Source of the DNA: Cenarchaeum sp.
GTDB taxonomy: Archaea > Thermoproteota > Nitrososphaeria > Nitrososphaerales > Nitrosopumilaceae
Assembly: GCA_965206845.1 (NCBI GenBank)
Contig: OZ242221.1
Location: 1,585,951-1,649,950, forward strand
DNA: 64,000 nt
Direction of reading: 5' to 3'
The notes under the pieces were generated by a model that was not told the DNA's origin, did not search any database, and saw nothing but the letters and a program-made list of their open reading frames with translations. The position numbers and the translations under genes are program-made. Positions 1 through 10,312 of this stretch are shown piece after piece. Numbering within the stretch: the stretch's first letter is position 1; the number at the start of each line of letters is the position of its first letter.

Positions 1-1645
1 GGAACACTCTGTTGAAAACAGGGACAGCTTCCTGACAGTGGGAACCCTAGTCAGCGCCATTCAGCGTGACCTTCTTGAGACAGAGACCATCACACACGAC
101 CAAGCGGAGCTGTATGACAATATACGCAGTCTCTACGCGCAGCTGCTTGAGTCTGTCGAGTCCGGGGACTACGGGACGGCAGAGGAGCTGGCAATAGAGG
201 CGTACCTGGATAACTTTGAATACCTTGAACCGACGCTTGAAAAGGCCGATGCGGAGTTCATGTATGCCTTGGAGATCAACATGAGGGAGGATCTGAGGAG
301 CATGATAAGGGACATGCAGGATCCCCAAGCAATCCGAGACTTTCTTGAGGAATCGATCCTTCCCGATCTGGACACCGGCCAGGCAAAGACCATGGCGTAC
401 TTGGAGAGCAGCGCGGATGGGACCGCCGCGGCCTTTCAAAGAGATCTCAGGGAGAGGGGCGACTCCACGGGGGAGCAGCAGGCGGAGGTAAGGGCGGAGA
501 TCGACTTTATCAGGGCCACTCTGCAGGAGCTGCTGGCGCACTACGAGGGCGGCGACTTTGACTCGGCGTATGCCGCCTCCCGGACGGCGTACCTGGACAG
601 CTACGAGTACATCGAGATACCTCTGCGTCCCATCGATCCGGACTTTACGCTGGAGGTGGAGTACCAGTTTGCCGAGCTCCGCAACCTCATAAAGGGGCAG
701 GCAGGCTATGCCGAGGTACAGGAGGTGGTTATCGCAATAGAGCGGAACCTTGACGAGTCGGAGCGCCTTGTCACCGGGAGCGGGCAGATTGCCCCGCTGA
801 TCGCATTCTTTGCGTCGTTTGCCATCATATTCAGGGAGGGACTGGAGTCTGTCCTGATCCTGGGGGCCATACTGACGTACCTTGAGGCATCAAGAAACAC
901 AAGGCTGAAGCCGTACGTCTACTACGGCATAGCTGCGGGCGTGGCGGCGACCGGAGTCACGTGGGTAGTCGCGTCATACGTGATCGAGATCTCCGGCGCA
1001 AATCGGGAGCTGATCGAGGCGATCGCAGCCCTGTCTGCCACCGCAGTCCTGTTCTACGTCAGCTTTTGGATCCTGAACAAGATCGAGCATAAAAAATGGA
1101 TGGAGTTTGTCAAGGCCAAGGTCTGGCAGGCGACCACGACCGGAAGCGCCATGGTCTTTGTCATGCTGGCGTTCTTCACCATATATCGGGAGGGGTTTGA
1201 GACGGTGCTGTTCTACCAGGCAATGTTTGGCTTTGCCAAGTATCTGGAAACCTTTGTGGGACTGGGCTTTGTCCTCGGCATGGCGTCCCTCCTGGCCATA
1301 TACTTTGTGATGAGGAGGCTGGGCAGGAGGCTGCCCCTGCGGGCCCTGTTCGGGCTGACTATGGGCATAGGCGCGTACCTCTCCATTGCGTTTCTGGGCA
1401 ATGCCGTGCGGGAACTGCAGGTGCTAGACATCGTCCCGTACACCAGCATGCTGGGCACGGTACCCAGGCTGGACATCAACCTGGCCGCCATGACCGGCAT
1501 CTACCCCACGCTTGAGACGGTCGTCGCGCAGCTGGTTCTGCTGAGCGTCTATCTGTCCGCCTCGACGTACGTACTGATCATGCGGCCCAGGAAGGCAAGA
1601 CGGCTCGCACAGATGAGGAAGTCAAGGGCGAATGGCGCGGAGTAG
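1..1645 (+). CDS. FTR1-family high-affinity iron permease with N-terminal helical repeats (5' end probably upstream of window)
   Basis: Two REGxE motifs (FREGLE, YREGFE) in a ~7-TM C-terminal half; repeated AYLDxxEYxE helical units in the N-terminal half; the frame is open from the window edge. Confidence 0.85.
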   Translation, partial: EHSVENRDSFLTVGTLVSAIQRDLLETETITHDQAELYDNIRSLYAQLLESVESGDYGTAEELAIEAYLDNFEYLEPTLEKADAEFMYALEINMREDLRSMIRDMQDPQAIRDFLEESILPDLDTGQAKTMAYLESSADGTAAAFQRDLRERGDSTGEQQAEVRAEIDFIRATLQELLAHYEGGDFDSAYAASRTAYLDSYEYIEIPLRPIDPDFTLEVEYQFAELRNLIKGQAGYAEVQEVVIAIERNLDESERLVTGSGQIAPLIAFFASFAIIFREGLESVLILGAILTYLEASRNTRLKPYVYYGIAAGVAATGVTWVVASYVIEISGANRELIEAIAALSATAVLFYVSFWILNKIEHKKWMEFVKAKVWQATTTGSAMVFVMLAFFTIYREGFETVLFYQAMFGFAKYLETFVGLGFVLGMASLLAIYFVMRRLGRRLPLRALFGLTMGIGAYLSIAFLGNAVRELQVLDIVPYTSMLGTVPRLDINLAAMTGIYPTLETVVAQLVLLSVYLSASTYVLIMRPRKARRLAQMRKSRANGAE

Positions 1646-3749
1646 ACGCGTCCGGGTGGGAATAGACGTCGGCGGAACCTTCACCAAGGCCGTGGCGATA
1701 GATGCCAGAACCGGCTCGGTGATTGCAAAGTCCACGGTGCCGACGACGCACGGCTCCGGGAGGGGCGTCTCGGACGGCATAGTCGGGGCCCTTCACAACA
1801 TCCTTCAGGAGTCCGGCATCGGGCTTGGAGAGATTGAGATAATCTCGCACAGCACCACCCAGGCGATCAACGCGCTGCTGGAGTCAGACATACACAAGGT
1901 GGGAATCATAGCAATGGGCGTCGGGCCGACAAGGAACGACGTGGTCAAGAGAACCCGCCTGGACAGCGGCAGGACGGACTCCGGGAAGGATCTGAAGACA
2001 TGCCACACGTTTCTGGACACCTCGCACCTGATATCCGAAGACGAGGTAAAGGGCGCCGTGGAGGGGCTCCGCGGAGAGGGCGCGGAGGCCATCGTCGCGA
2101 CAGAGGCGTTTGGCGTGGACGACCCGTCAAACGAGCTGTTCGCAATGAACGTGGCCGCCAAGCTTGGCATGCCCTCAACTGCATCGCACGAGATCTCCGG
2201 GATCTACGGACTGGAGATCAGGACGCTGACCTCCGTGATAAATGCCAGCGTGCTGCCCAAGACGCTCCAGGTGGCGAACTTTGTGGAGGGGGCGATCCGC
2301 GGCATGGGCGTGACCTCGCCCCTGATGGTCATGAAGGGCGACGGCGGGGTTACCAGCATGGACACCTTTAGGACAAAGCCCATTCTGACCATACTCTCCG
2401 GCCCGGCAGCCAGCGTTGCGGGGGCCCTGCTGTACCTCAGGATCACAAATGGGATCTTTATAGAGGTGGGCGGAACCAGCACGAACATCTGCGTCATCAG
2501 GGGGGGCAGGCCCGAGTTTCGCTACGTCACGATAAGGGATCACCCCACCTGCATCCGCTCCATGGACGTCCGGATAGTCGGCGTTGCGGGCGGGAGCATG
2601 GTTACGCTGAGCAAGAACAGGATCTCGACTGTCGGGCCGCGTAGCGCCCACATTGCCGGGTTGGCGTACTCGTGCTTTGCCGAGCCGGACGATCTGGAGA
2701 CCGGCAGGATTGTCATGATCAGGCCAAAACCGGGAGATGGGGAGTACGTGTCCATAAGGTGCGACGGGGGCACCTACGCCATCACAAACACCTGCGCCGC
2801 AAACGCGCTGGGAATGGTGGAAGAGGGGGACTACTCGTTCGCAAACAGGGAGTCGGCCAAGATCGCCATGAGGAAGCTGGGGGAGGTGCTTCACGTCTCA
2901 TACTTTGAGGCCGCGCAGTCCATAATCCAGACCTCCTCGTTTGAGATTACAAAGACCGTCACCAAGATTCTCAGGGACTTTAAAATGGACTCGACCACAG
3001 AGATCATCGGAGGCGGTGGGGGCGCGTCGGTCCTGGTGCCGTTTGTGGCCAAGCAGATGGGGGCGCCATACCGCAAGGCAGAGCATGCCGAGGTCATCTC
3101 GTCAATCGGCGTGGCCTCGTCCATGCTGCAGGAAGAGCAGGAGGTGTCGATGGTTGATCCCACGCCTGAAAAGATCTCCCGCGAGCACAAAAAGGTTCAT
3201 GCAGTACTGGTGGACAAGGGAGCGATCCCGGAGTCGGTGATGATCGACAGCAAGTTCTTTCCGGACAAGGCGATCCTTCGGATAACTGCGGTCGGAAACG
3301 TCGAGCTGGACGGCGACGCGGCCTCAAGGAGCGTCTTTACGCAGGACGAGGCAAGGCAGCGGGCCTCTGAGATCATCGGGACGGATCCTGACCTGGTCGA
3401 TCTCGTCTTCAAGTCAAACCACTACTTTGTGTTTGACGGGCGTGTCACGGAGAGGCGCTTGCTTGGCAAAAGAGACAGGCACCGAATTGTGGCGCTTGAC
3501 ATGTTTGGCAGGCCAAAGATCTCGATAGGAAATGGGAAGATCTTCAGTGGGAACCGGGCATCCGTTGTCGGCGCCTTGGACAGGTTTTTTGACTCGAAGC
3601 ATTTTGACATCATGCCGGGGGTCTACCTCATAAACAGCCTGAAGATGATGGACTTCTCTGGCCTCACATCCAGGTCCCACATCCTGACCGCTGTAAGCGG
3701 CGAGCTTGCAGAGGGCGAGGACGGGATGGTCGTAGTGGACATGTCATAG
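1632..3749 (+). CDS. Hydantoinase/oxoprolinase family protein (A-type subunit)
   Basis: GIDVGGTFTK, HSTTQAINALLE, SGPAASV and EVGGTSTNI motifs; overlaps the FTR1 stop by 14 nt. Confidence 0.85.
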   Translation: MARSRRVRVGIDVGGTFTKAVAIDARTGSVIAKSTVPTTHGSGRGVSDGIVGALHNILQESGIGLGEIEIISHSTTQAINALLESDIHKVGIIAMGVGPTRNDVVKRTRLDSGRTDSGKDLKTCHTFLDTSHLISEDEVKGAVEGLRGEGAEAIVATEAFGVDDPSNELFAMNVAAKLGMPSTASHEISGIYGLEIRTLTSVINASVLPKTLQVANFVEGAIRGMGVTSPLMVMKGDGGVTSMDTFRTKPILTILSGPAASVAGALLYLRITNGIFIEVGGTSTNICVIRGGRPEFRYVTIRDHPTCIRSMDVRIVGVAGGSMVTLSKNRISTVGPRSAHIAGLAYSCFAEPDDLETGRIVMIRPKPGDGEYVSIRCDGGTYAITNTCAANALGMVEEGDYSFANRESAKIAMRKLGEVLHVSYFEAAQSIIQTSSFEITKTVTKILRDFKMDSTTEIIGGGGGASVLVPFVAKQMGAPYRKAEHAEVISSIGVASSMLQEEQEVSMVDPTPEKISREHKKVHAVLVDKGAIPESVMIDSKFFPDKAILRITAVGNVELDGDAASRSVFTQDEARQRASEIIGTDPDLVDLVFKSNHYFVFDGRVTERRLLGKRDRHRIVALDMFGRPKISIGNGKIFSGNRASVVGALDRFFDSKHFDIMPGVYLINSLKMMDFSGLTSRSHILTAVSGELAEGEDGMVVVDMS

Positions 3750-3936
3750 CGGAGCCGCGATCCGGAACGCGCATGCCTCGGCCGGCGCGCCACTGCGACC
3801 CCTGATCATTCCCACGCCAGCGGCCCGTGGCTCTGGGACAGGCGCTCCCGCATCCGTGCTGCCCCGGTCGTCGTCCTGCGGCATACGAGCCCAGGTACGG
3901 TGGCTCTGTCAGCATGCGTGCCGTGGGTGCGCGCAG

Positions 3937-4440
3937 TCAGCCTTTGACCTCAAATGGCACCGCACAGTCCTCAAGGCAGACCTCGGTTCTTGTCTTGTCG
4001 CCGAGCAGGCGGATCACGCCGTCGTAATTGCACGAGCAGCCTGCCGGTGGCATCTCGTCCCCCCACACTTTGAAGAACTCTCTGAGCTTTCTGCTCTCAT
4101 ACCTGTCCTGTCCTACCCGCTTCTTTGCAAGAAACTTGAACGCCAGCACCACGCGCCTCTTCTGGTATATGTCAAAGGTCTCGGTCCACCTTCTGCATCC
4201 CCATATCTGGTCTGCGGGAACATAAAGCGACTGCGATGCTCCGGACTTGGCCTCGATCACAAAGAGGGAGCTCTCGGCCGTGTTTACCGCAAGCACATCG
4301 GGCAGTGCCATGCTGGGCGAGCCCAGGCGGAAGGCGCTCCAGCCCGCGGCTCCCTTGAACCTCTTTACGATCGTATCCTCCCAGTTGTAGCCCCGTCTTC
4401 TCCTGGTGCGGGAGATCCTCTTGTTGTCCTTTGGCATCAT
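3937..4440 (-). CDS. Hjc-like Holliday-junction resolvase / PD-(D/E)xK nuclease
   Basis: RRRGYNWE...PDVLAV...IEAK pattern; start chosen at ATG 4440, ~25 nt below an AT-rich TATA-like tract. Confidence 0.7.
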   Translation of the reverse strand: MMPKDNKRISRTRRRRGYNWEDTIVKRFKGAAGWSAFRLGSPSMALPDVLAVNTAESSLFVIEAKSGASQSLYVPADQIWGCRRWTETFDIYQKRRVVLAFKFLAKKRVGQDRYESRKLREFFKVWGDEMPPAGCSCNYDGVIRLLGDKTRTEVCLEDCAVPFEVKG

Positions 4441-4702
4441 ACGCGACTGTTGGCGCACCTACATATTTTACAAGCGATGTGTGCGGATTGGCGTGGGCAG
4501 TGCGCGTTCAGATCCTGCCCCTGCCGGGCACCTGCGGAAGCCTGCTTGAGGCGCGGACGGACAGATGCCCAAAGCATGCTACGGGCATGGCGCCGGCCAG
4601 GCGCGGCAGCAGCTTGCAAAAAATGGTTTTGCTAGCTTGACGGAGGGGGTGTTTCTCTGCGTCAACCGTCAGTGGACGGATATGGATTGCGATTTCGAGG
4701 GA

Positions 4703-5035
4703 TCATGCATCGTCTTGTTCCTCTGCAACCACACCTGCAAAGAATCTGCAGCCGGAGCCATCTTCTTCCATCCTTTCAAGCCGGACTGCCTGGCCGACTG
4801 TGGGAGCCGCATCGGCATCAAGGGCGCACATCAGGCGGACTCCGCCCTCAAACTCTGCCACGCAAAGGTACCGGCTGCCGTCCTGCGCGTATTCCAGAAT
4901 TCTGCCGCGGCCTGCCATGTCGCGCCGCACCGTCCTGTGCAGGCAATGGGGGCAATGCCTGACCGGGGGCCACATGGCGCGGCCGCATCCGGGACAGCCG
5001 GCCACCTGCAGTATGGCATCGTCCACGAACATCAC
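4703..5035 (-). CDS. DUF35 Zn-ribbon/OB-fold protein (thiolase partner)
   Basis: CPGCG..WPP...CPHC Zn ribbon followed by an OB-fold-like segment; coupled to the thiolase stop. Confidence 0.8.
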   Translation of the reverse strand: MMFVDDAILQVAGCPGCGRAMWPPVRHCPHCLHRTVRRDMAGRGRILEYAQDGSRYLCVAEFEGGVRLMCALDADAAPTVGQAVRLERMEEDGSGCRFFAGVVAEEQDDA

Positions 5036-6132
5036 GCCTCCAGGATTATCACCGACGACGACGTTGCGGCAGCGGACATGTTCTGGACCAAGCCGATCCT
5101 GGCCCCCGGCACCTGCCTCCTGCCGGCGCCTGCCTGCAGCTGGCAGAAGATCTCCGCCGTCTGGGCAACGCCCGTGGCGCCCAGCGGGTGGCCGGAGCCG
5201 ATGATGCCGCCCCGCGGGTTTATCATCCGATCCCCGGTGCCGTACATCTCCTCTGAGAGGTGCGCCCCCTTGCCGGCCTCTGCAATCCCCAGTGCCTCCA
5301 GAGCCATGGGCTCACACACCGCAAAGGCGTCGTGGACCTCGGCCACGTCCACGTCAGACGGCCCTATGCCGGCAGACGCGTAGGCCGCTCTGGCCGATGC
5401 GGCGACGGTGGGCATCTCGCAAAAGCTGCCGCTCTTGACAAAGCTGGCAGAGTCTGTTTGCTGGCCGATGCCTGCCACCCCTACGGCATCCTGCGATCCC
5501 GGCAGCGTTCCGTCCGTGATCAGCACGGCTGACGCGCCGGTGCATGTGCGGGAGCACTCCAGCAGCCTCAGGTCGTCAGTAACCCTTCGGGACTCGAGAA
5601 CCTCCAGGACCGTATAGGCGCGTCCCCGGCAGGCATGCGGGTTGTCCTGGGCATTCCTGTAGTTCTTGGCCGGGACCGCGGCCAGCACCTCTGGGGCGAT
5701 GCCGAACCGTCTCCGGTAGGACGATGTGAGTATCGACCCCCAGAAGATTGGGCGCACAAACTCCCCCCGGGCGGTGTCCCAGTCCAGAACGCGGCCGGGG
5801 CCGGCAAGCCGGTCCCCGCCCACAACCAGTACGGATCTTGCGAGTCCGGACATGACATACGATATGCCCGATATGATCGAGCTTGCGCCGGAGCTGCAGA
5901 GATTCTCCACCGTGTGCGATATCCTGGGCCGGATTCCACACATCTCTGCGAGTATGGCAGAGAGGTACCTTCCGCCATCGTTTGTGGATACCAGCACCGC
6001 GTCGACCTGATCCCTGGACACCGCGGGATTCCTCTCAAAGAGATCCCGGGCTGCCTCTGCCAGCACATCCTGAATCGGCGCGTCCTCTGTGACAAAGTCC
6101 GTGCCTCCGCAGGCGGCGATCGATGCCTTCAC
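5032..6132 (-). CDS. Thiolase (acetyl-CoA acetyltransferase, SCP2/archaeal type)
   Basis: VENLCSSG, EVHDAF and GHPLGATG motifs; the GTG start at 6132 overlaps the upstream TGA (GTGA). Confidence 0.88.
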   Translation of the reverse strand: MKASIAACGGTDFVTEDAPIQDVLAEAARDLFERNPAVSRDQVDAVLVSTNDGGRYLSAILAEMCGIRPRISHTVENLCSSGASSIISGISYVMSGLARSVLVVGGDRLAGPGRVLDWDTARGEFVRPIFWGSILTSSYRRRFGIAPEVLAAVPAKNYRNAQDNPHACRGRAYTVLEVLESRRVTDDLRLLECSRTCTGASAVLITDGTLPGSQDAVGVAGIGQQTDSASFVKSGSFCEMPTVAASARAAYASAGIGPSDVDVAEVHDAFAVCEPMALEALGIAEAGKGAHLSEEMYGTGDRMINPRGGIIGSGHPLGATGVAQTAEIFCQLQAGAGRRQVPGARIGLVQNMSAAATSSSVIILEA

Positions 6133-7124
6133 CGCGGCTCCCCCAAAAACGTCCTGGCCGCAAGCTCCATGGACTCGGGCACGTCGCCCACTGGGTTGAA
6201 CTGGACTATGGGAAGATCGACTCCTGCATCTGCAAACGCCTGCATCTTTTTTGTGCACTCGTCGGGGGTTCCGCAGACCGTCAGGGAGTCAAGCATGCGG
6301 TCGGTGACCAGGCCGGCAATCCGGCCCAGTCCGGACCTCCTGTGCTCCTCCAGTATGCTCTCCGTCTCTTCCCGGAACCCGTTTGCCGCAAGGAACCTGC
6401 GGTATATGGAGCCTACCGCCACGTAGAACGCCAGTGTGGTCCTGGCGCGGCTCCTGGCCTTCTCCGGATCCAGAGACACCGCAGTTATCAGCTGGCAGCA
6501 CACCCTGATCCTCCTTCTGGATTGCATCTTTGGGATGGTCCTCCTCATCTCGTCTATGGGCCGGAGGTACAGTATCGTCCCGTCTGCCTTCTCCCATGCC
6601 AGATCAACCATTCCCCGGTTTACTGCGGCCACGTATATTGGAATCCGCTCCCTGTGTGGAGGCACAAGCAGGCGAAAGCCCTTCAGCCGGAAGAGCCTGC
6701 CGTTGTGATCTATCTTCTGTCCCGAAGTGGCCATCCGGATGACATCGATGTACTCCCGCATCCGCTCAAGCGGGAGCTCAAAGGCTGCGCCGTGCAAGTC
6801 GCTCACTATGGGCGGGCTGCTGGTTCCAAGTCCCAGAATGAGCCTGCCTCCAGAGATCACATCAACGGTTGCCGCCCCCATGGCGACCAGGGACGGGCTC
6901 CTGGAGTATATGTTTATGATCGAGGAGCCGATCTGCGGGCCCGGCAGAACCCGCGATACCGCTGCCAGCATGGCAAAGTTCTCCATGCCCCACGTCTCCG
7001 GAATCCATACAGAGTCAGGCCTGTACCGTGCAAGAATGCGCGAACACTCCAGCACCTGCTCTACTCTGAGCAGTGAGCCCAGGCTGTACCCTGTTTGTAT
7101 GATCGATCTCTCCTGTTTTACCAA
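6129..7124 (-). CDS. LLM-class (luciferase-like, probably F420-dependent) oxidoreductase
   Basis: DSVWIPE, SRSPSLVAMGAATVDVISGGRLILGLG and GTPDEC motifs typical of the Mer/LLM family. Confidence 0.85.
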   Translation of the reverse strand: MVKQERSIIQTGYSLGSLLRVEQVLECSRILARYRPDSVWIPETWGMENFAMLAAVSRVLPGPQIGSSIINIYSRSPSLVAMGAATVDVISGGRLILGLGTSSPPIVSDLHGAAFELPLERMREYIDVIRMATSGQKIDHNGRLFRLKGFRLLVPPHRERIPIYVAAVNRGMVDLAWEKADGTILYLRPIDEMRRTIPKMQSRRRIRVCCQLITAVSLDPEKARSRARTTLAFYVAVGSIYRRFLAANGFREETESILEEHRRSGLGRIAGLVTDRMLDSLTVCGTPDECTKKMQAFADAGVDLPIVQFNPVGDVPESMELAARTFLGEPR

Positions 7125-7179
7125 AGAGTAAAAGATCCTTGAGGTATATGATTATTCCCAATGTGCTGCATTGAGAGCC

Positions 7180-7320
7180 ATGGAGATCAATGCAGAGCAG
7201 TACGGCCCGGACGAGTTCTGGGGTCACGCAGCAAGGTACGCAGGCATGTCCCCTGAGGATCATCCCTTTGCCGAGGAGATCTCCTACATGATGGTTACGC
7301 TGTACAGAACAGGGGCCTGA
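7180..7320 (+). CDS. Small hypothetical protein (46 aa, MEINAEQYGPDEFWGHAARYAG...)
   Basis: The ORF fills the gap exactly and abuts the convergent stop at 7321; TATA-like gtatatgatta lies upstream. Confidence 0.5.
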   Translation: MEINAEQYGPDEFWGHAARYAGMSPEDHPFAEEISYMMVTLYRTGA

Positions 7321-7983
7321 TCACATCCGCATGCCCTTGGCGCACTCGTCCATGTCCTTGTGGGAGTCGATCGAGTGCCAGAACACGTCATGAAACCGCT
7401 CCAGAAAGAGCCTGCCGCTCCTGGCATACTCTGGAAAGACGGTCTTCTCGATGTCCCCCCTGGCAGGCAGATCCTCCAGTATGTCTGCTGACAGGTGGTA
7501 CACCCCGGCGTTCATCCAGATGCCGTCGATTACCTGCTTCTCAAGAAAGTCAGTCACCCGGGAGCCATCGGTGTCCAGCACGCCGAACTTTGTCCGCAGC
7601 TGGATGGCGGCTATGCAGTTGGCCCTCTTTTGCAGCCTCAGGATGTCGATGTCCGTGATGACGTCGCCGTTGATTACGACAAACGAGTCACCGGTGATCA
7701 TCGGGGCCGCCTTTCTTATGGCCCCGCCGGTGCCCAGCGGCTCCTCCTCTGCGGAGTACCTGATGCGGATATCGCAGTCGCCCTTGCCGCGAAGAAAGTT
7801 CTCTATCTGCCTGCTCCTGTACCCCGAGGATATGATCACGTCTGCGATGCCGGCCCCCTTGAGGTATGCCAGCTGCCACTCGATGATGGGCCGGTTGTTT
7901 ATGGGAACCAGCGGCTTTGGCACCAGGTCGGTTATCGGCCTGAGGCGCGTTCCCCTGCCGCCTGCCAGGATGACTGCCTGCAT
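7321..7983 (-). CDS. NDP-sugar synthase / nucleotidyltransferase
   Basis: AVILAGGRGTRLRPIT...PKPL, EEEPLGTGGAI and NGD motifs. Confidence 0.9.
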   Translation of the reverse strand: MQAVILAGGRGTRLRPITDLVPKPLVPINNRPIIEWQLAYLKGAGIADVIISSGYRSRQIENFLRGKGDCDIRIRYSAEEEPLGTGGAIRKAAPMITGDSFVVINGDVITDIDILRLQKRANCIAAIQLRTKFGVLDTDGSRVTDFLEKQVIDGIWMNAGVYHLSADILEDLPARGDIEKTVFPEYARSGRLFLERFHDVFWHSIDSHKDMDECAKGMRM

Positions 7984-8027
7984 GACATGGGTGCGCCCTG
8001 CATGGATTCAAACATATCGGATGTGCC

Positions 8028-8531
8028 CTATGTCAGATCAAGCGCTGCCAGCCCATAGTACCCGGCCAGAATGAGCGCCGTGCTCCAGACGCAGGAGCCA
8101 AGAAACGTGTACAGCAGAAACTTTGACAGCCTCATGCGCAGCAGGCCTGCGGGGATCGAGATCATCTCCCTTACGGCGGGCACCATCCTTCCGAGAAGGA
8201 CCGCCTTGTCGCCGTGCCTCCCAAACCAGGCCTCTGCCCGGGCCAGCTTTGACTCGTCTATCCGGGCAAACCGGAGGTACCGCAGGAGCACGATCCTTCC
8301 CAGCTTCCAGGCGATCAAAAACAGGACCGTGGAGCCGATGGTGGCGCCAGCCCCGCCTGTTACCCCAAGCAGAATCACAGAGGCCGGATCCATGCCGGCC
8401 TGTGATGCCAGGTACCCCGCCAGGGGAAAGATCGCCAGGCTCGGAATCAGCGGAAATACGGTCTCGGCCAGGGACGTAAGAAAGACGCCTAGGAATATGT
8501 GCTCAGATATAAGATCGACAAACGACTGCAT
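8028..8531 (-). CDS. DedA family membrane protein
   Basis: ETVFPLIPS, AEAWFGRHG..AVLLGRMVPAVREMISIPAG motifs; start chosen at ATG 8531. Confidence 0.88.
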   Translation of the reverse strand: MQSFVDLISEHIFLGVFLTSLAETVFPLIPSLAIFPLAGYLASQAGMDPASVILLGVTGGAGATIGSTVLFLIAWKLGRIVLLRYLRFARIDESKLARAEAWFGRHGDKAVLLGRMVPAVREMISIPAGLLRMRLSKFLLYTFLGSCVWSTALILAGYYGLAALDLT

Positions 8532-8625
8532 AAACTCGTCTGCGGCGCTCAAAATGGCTCTGTCCGGTTCGGTGTGGCGCCCATTACAGTCACGTATGCA
8601 CTCTTCACGAACATGCACCTGCCGG

Positions 8626-9036
8626 CTAGGCTCTCTTTATCTTGACTGCGCCCAAGGCTACGATGAATATGCCCGCTGCCAGGATCGGAGCCGCCTCGGC
8701 CAGCAGATCCCGCTTGTCTTCCTGCGGCGCGTCCGTGCCAGACTCCATCGCGTCGGCATCCGGGCTGCCGGCTAGCACTACTGCCCCGCCTATGATGATC
8801 ATTACTCCGGCAATCAGGATCATGGCTCCCAGCGGCCTTGATGGCTCGTTTCTGGAGATGAAGAACGCCACTATTGGAAGCACGATGGAGGCGCCGCCAA
8901 GGCCCAGTCCGCGGATCATGTGATCAAACGGCAGAAAGCCGTCGCCGCCTCCCTGGATTGCGACCACATCGGCACCATATATTGAGAGCAGGACTATCGA
9001 GATTCCCGCAAGAACCAGTGCTGCTGCCAGTGCCAT
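8626..9036 (-). CDS. Hypothetical 4-TM membrane protein
   Basis: Four hydrophobic segments; TTTATAA (minus strand) ~25 nt upstream at 9060-9067. Confidence 0.7.
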   Translation of the reverse strand: MALAAALVLAGISIVLLSIYGADVVAIQGGGDGFLPFDHMIRGLGLGGASIVLPIVAFFISRNEPSRPLGAMILIAGVMIIIGGAVVLAGSPDADAMESGTDAPQEDKRDLLAEAAPILAAGIFIVALGAVKIKRA

Positions 9037-9090
9037 GGTGTGTGGTGTTTTGCGTCCGGTTATAAATCGATTGAGCGGCCGGCCCGGGGA

Positions 9091-10251
9091 CTATCCCTGC
9101 GGCGGCTTTGCGGGAACGATCCTGATGGACTCGCTCAGGCGGCGGGCCCTCTTGAGCAGCTGCTCGATTGGCTGATCCTGTGTGCCGACCACGTTAAAGT
9201 GCCCCATCTTTCTCTTTGGCTTTGAGTCGCGCTTGCCATACATCTTGAGGTGCACTCCGGGGTCGGGATCCCCAGATACGTCATACCTGCCGGTAAGGCC
9301 GGCGGGCCCCAGAAGGTTGCACATTACTGCAGGGCGCCTGAGGCGCGCACTGCCAAGCTTCAGGCCCAGGACCGCCCTGAGGTGCTGCTCAAACTGCGAG
9401 GTGTCACAGGACTGCAGCGTGTGGTGCCCCGAGTTGTGTACCCGCGGGGCAATCTCGTTGACCAGTATCTGGCCGCCTGTGGTGACAAACATCTCGATTC
9501 CAAAGACGCCGCTGTCCTGGAACAGATCCATTATGCGGGATGCAATCCGGTCTGCCTCCCTGGCGGTCTCTGCTGATACCCTGGCAGGCGCTATGGTCAT
9601 CCTCAGGATGCTGTCCTCGTGTATGTTCTCCACCAGGGGGTATGCTGCGATCTCGCCCAGCGTGCTTCGGGCCGCAACCACCGACACCTCAGTGGAGAAC
9701 GCGACATGCCTCTCAAGCATCAGCGGCGCCCCGCCAAAGTACGCAAACGCAGCGTCCACCTCTTCGGGGGATCTGACCCTGTAGTTGCCGCGGCCGTCGT
9801 ACCCGTCTCTCCTGGCCTTGAGCAGCGACGGGAACCCAAAGTCTGCCATCATGTCCTTCAGATCCTTCAGGGATCTGACCTCTGCAAAGTCGGCAACCGG
9901 AATGCCGTTCCGGCGGAGAAACCGCTTCTGCAGCAGCTTGTCCTGTATGATCCGGAGCGTCTCCGGCGACGGGTTGATCTCTGCGTTCAGGGATCCCAGC
10001 ACCCTGCTGTCGCCTGACTCAATCTCGTAGGTTATGACGTCCGTCCTCGCTGCCAGCTCCTCGATGGCACTGCTGTCCTTAAAGCCGCCGACTATCTGCT
10101 TTGCGCCTGCCTGTGCAGCGGGACAGTTCTCTGTCGGGTCAAGCACTACGACCTCTGAGACATGCTCCTGCAGGCTCCTGGCGGCCTCTGTGAGCATCAT
10201 TCCCAGCTGGCCGCCGCCTATGATACCGAGCCTCCTTGCCATTGTACTCAC
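9091..10251 (-). CDS. purK: N5-carboxyaminoimidazole ribonucleotide synthase
   Basis: GIIGGGQLGMM, GYDGRGN, NEIAPRVHNSGH, SQFEQHLRA and RKMGH motifs. Confidence 0.95.
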   Translation of the reverse strand: MSTMARRLGIIGGGQLGMMLTEAARSLQEHVSEVVVLDPTENCPAAQAGAKQIVGGFKDSSAIEELAARTDVITYEIESGDSRVLGSLNAEINPSPETLRIIQDKLLQKRFLRRNGIPVADFAEVRSLKDLKDMMADFGFPSLLKARRDGYDGRGNYRVRSPEEVDAAFAYFGGAPLMLERHVAFSTEVSVVAARSTLGEIAAYPLVENIHEDSILRMTIAPARVSAETAREADRIASRIMDLFQDSGVFGIEMFVTTGGQILVNEIAPRVHNSGHHTLQSCDTSQFEQHLRAVLGLKLGSARLRRPAVMCNLLGPAGLTGRYDVSGDPDPGVHLKMYGKRDSKPKRKMGHFNVVGTQDQPIEQLLKRARRLSESIRIVPAKPPQG

Positions 10252-10312
10252 CGACTAAAATCTCGGATAAAAATGTCTGCTGCCGGGTTGGGGACTGCCG
10301 CACAGTTCTGGC

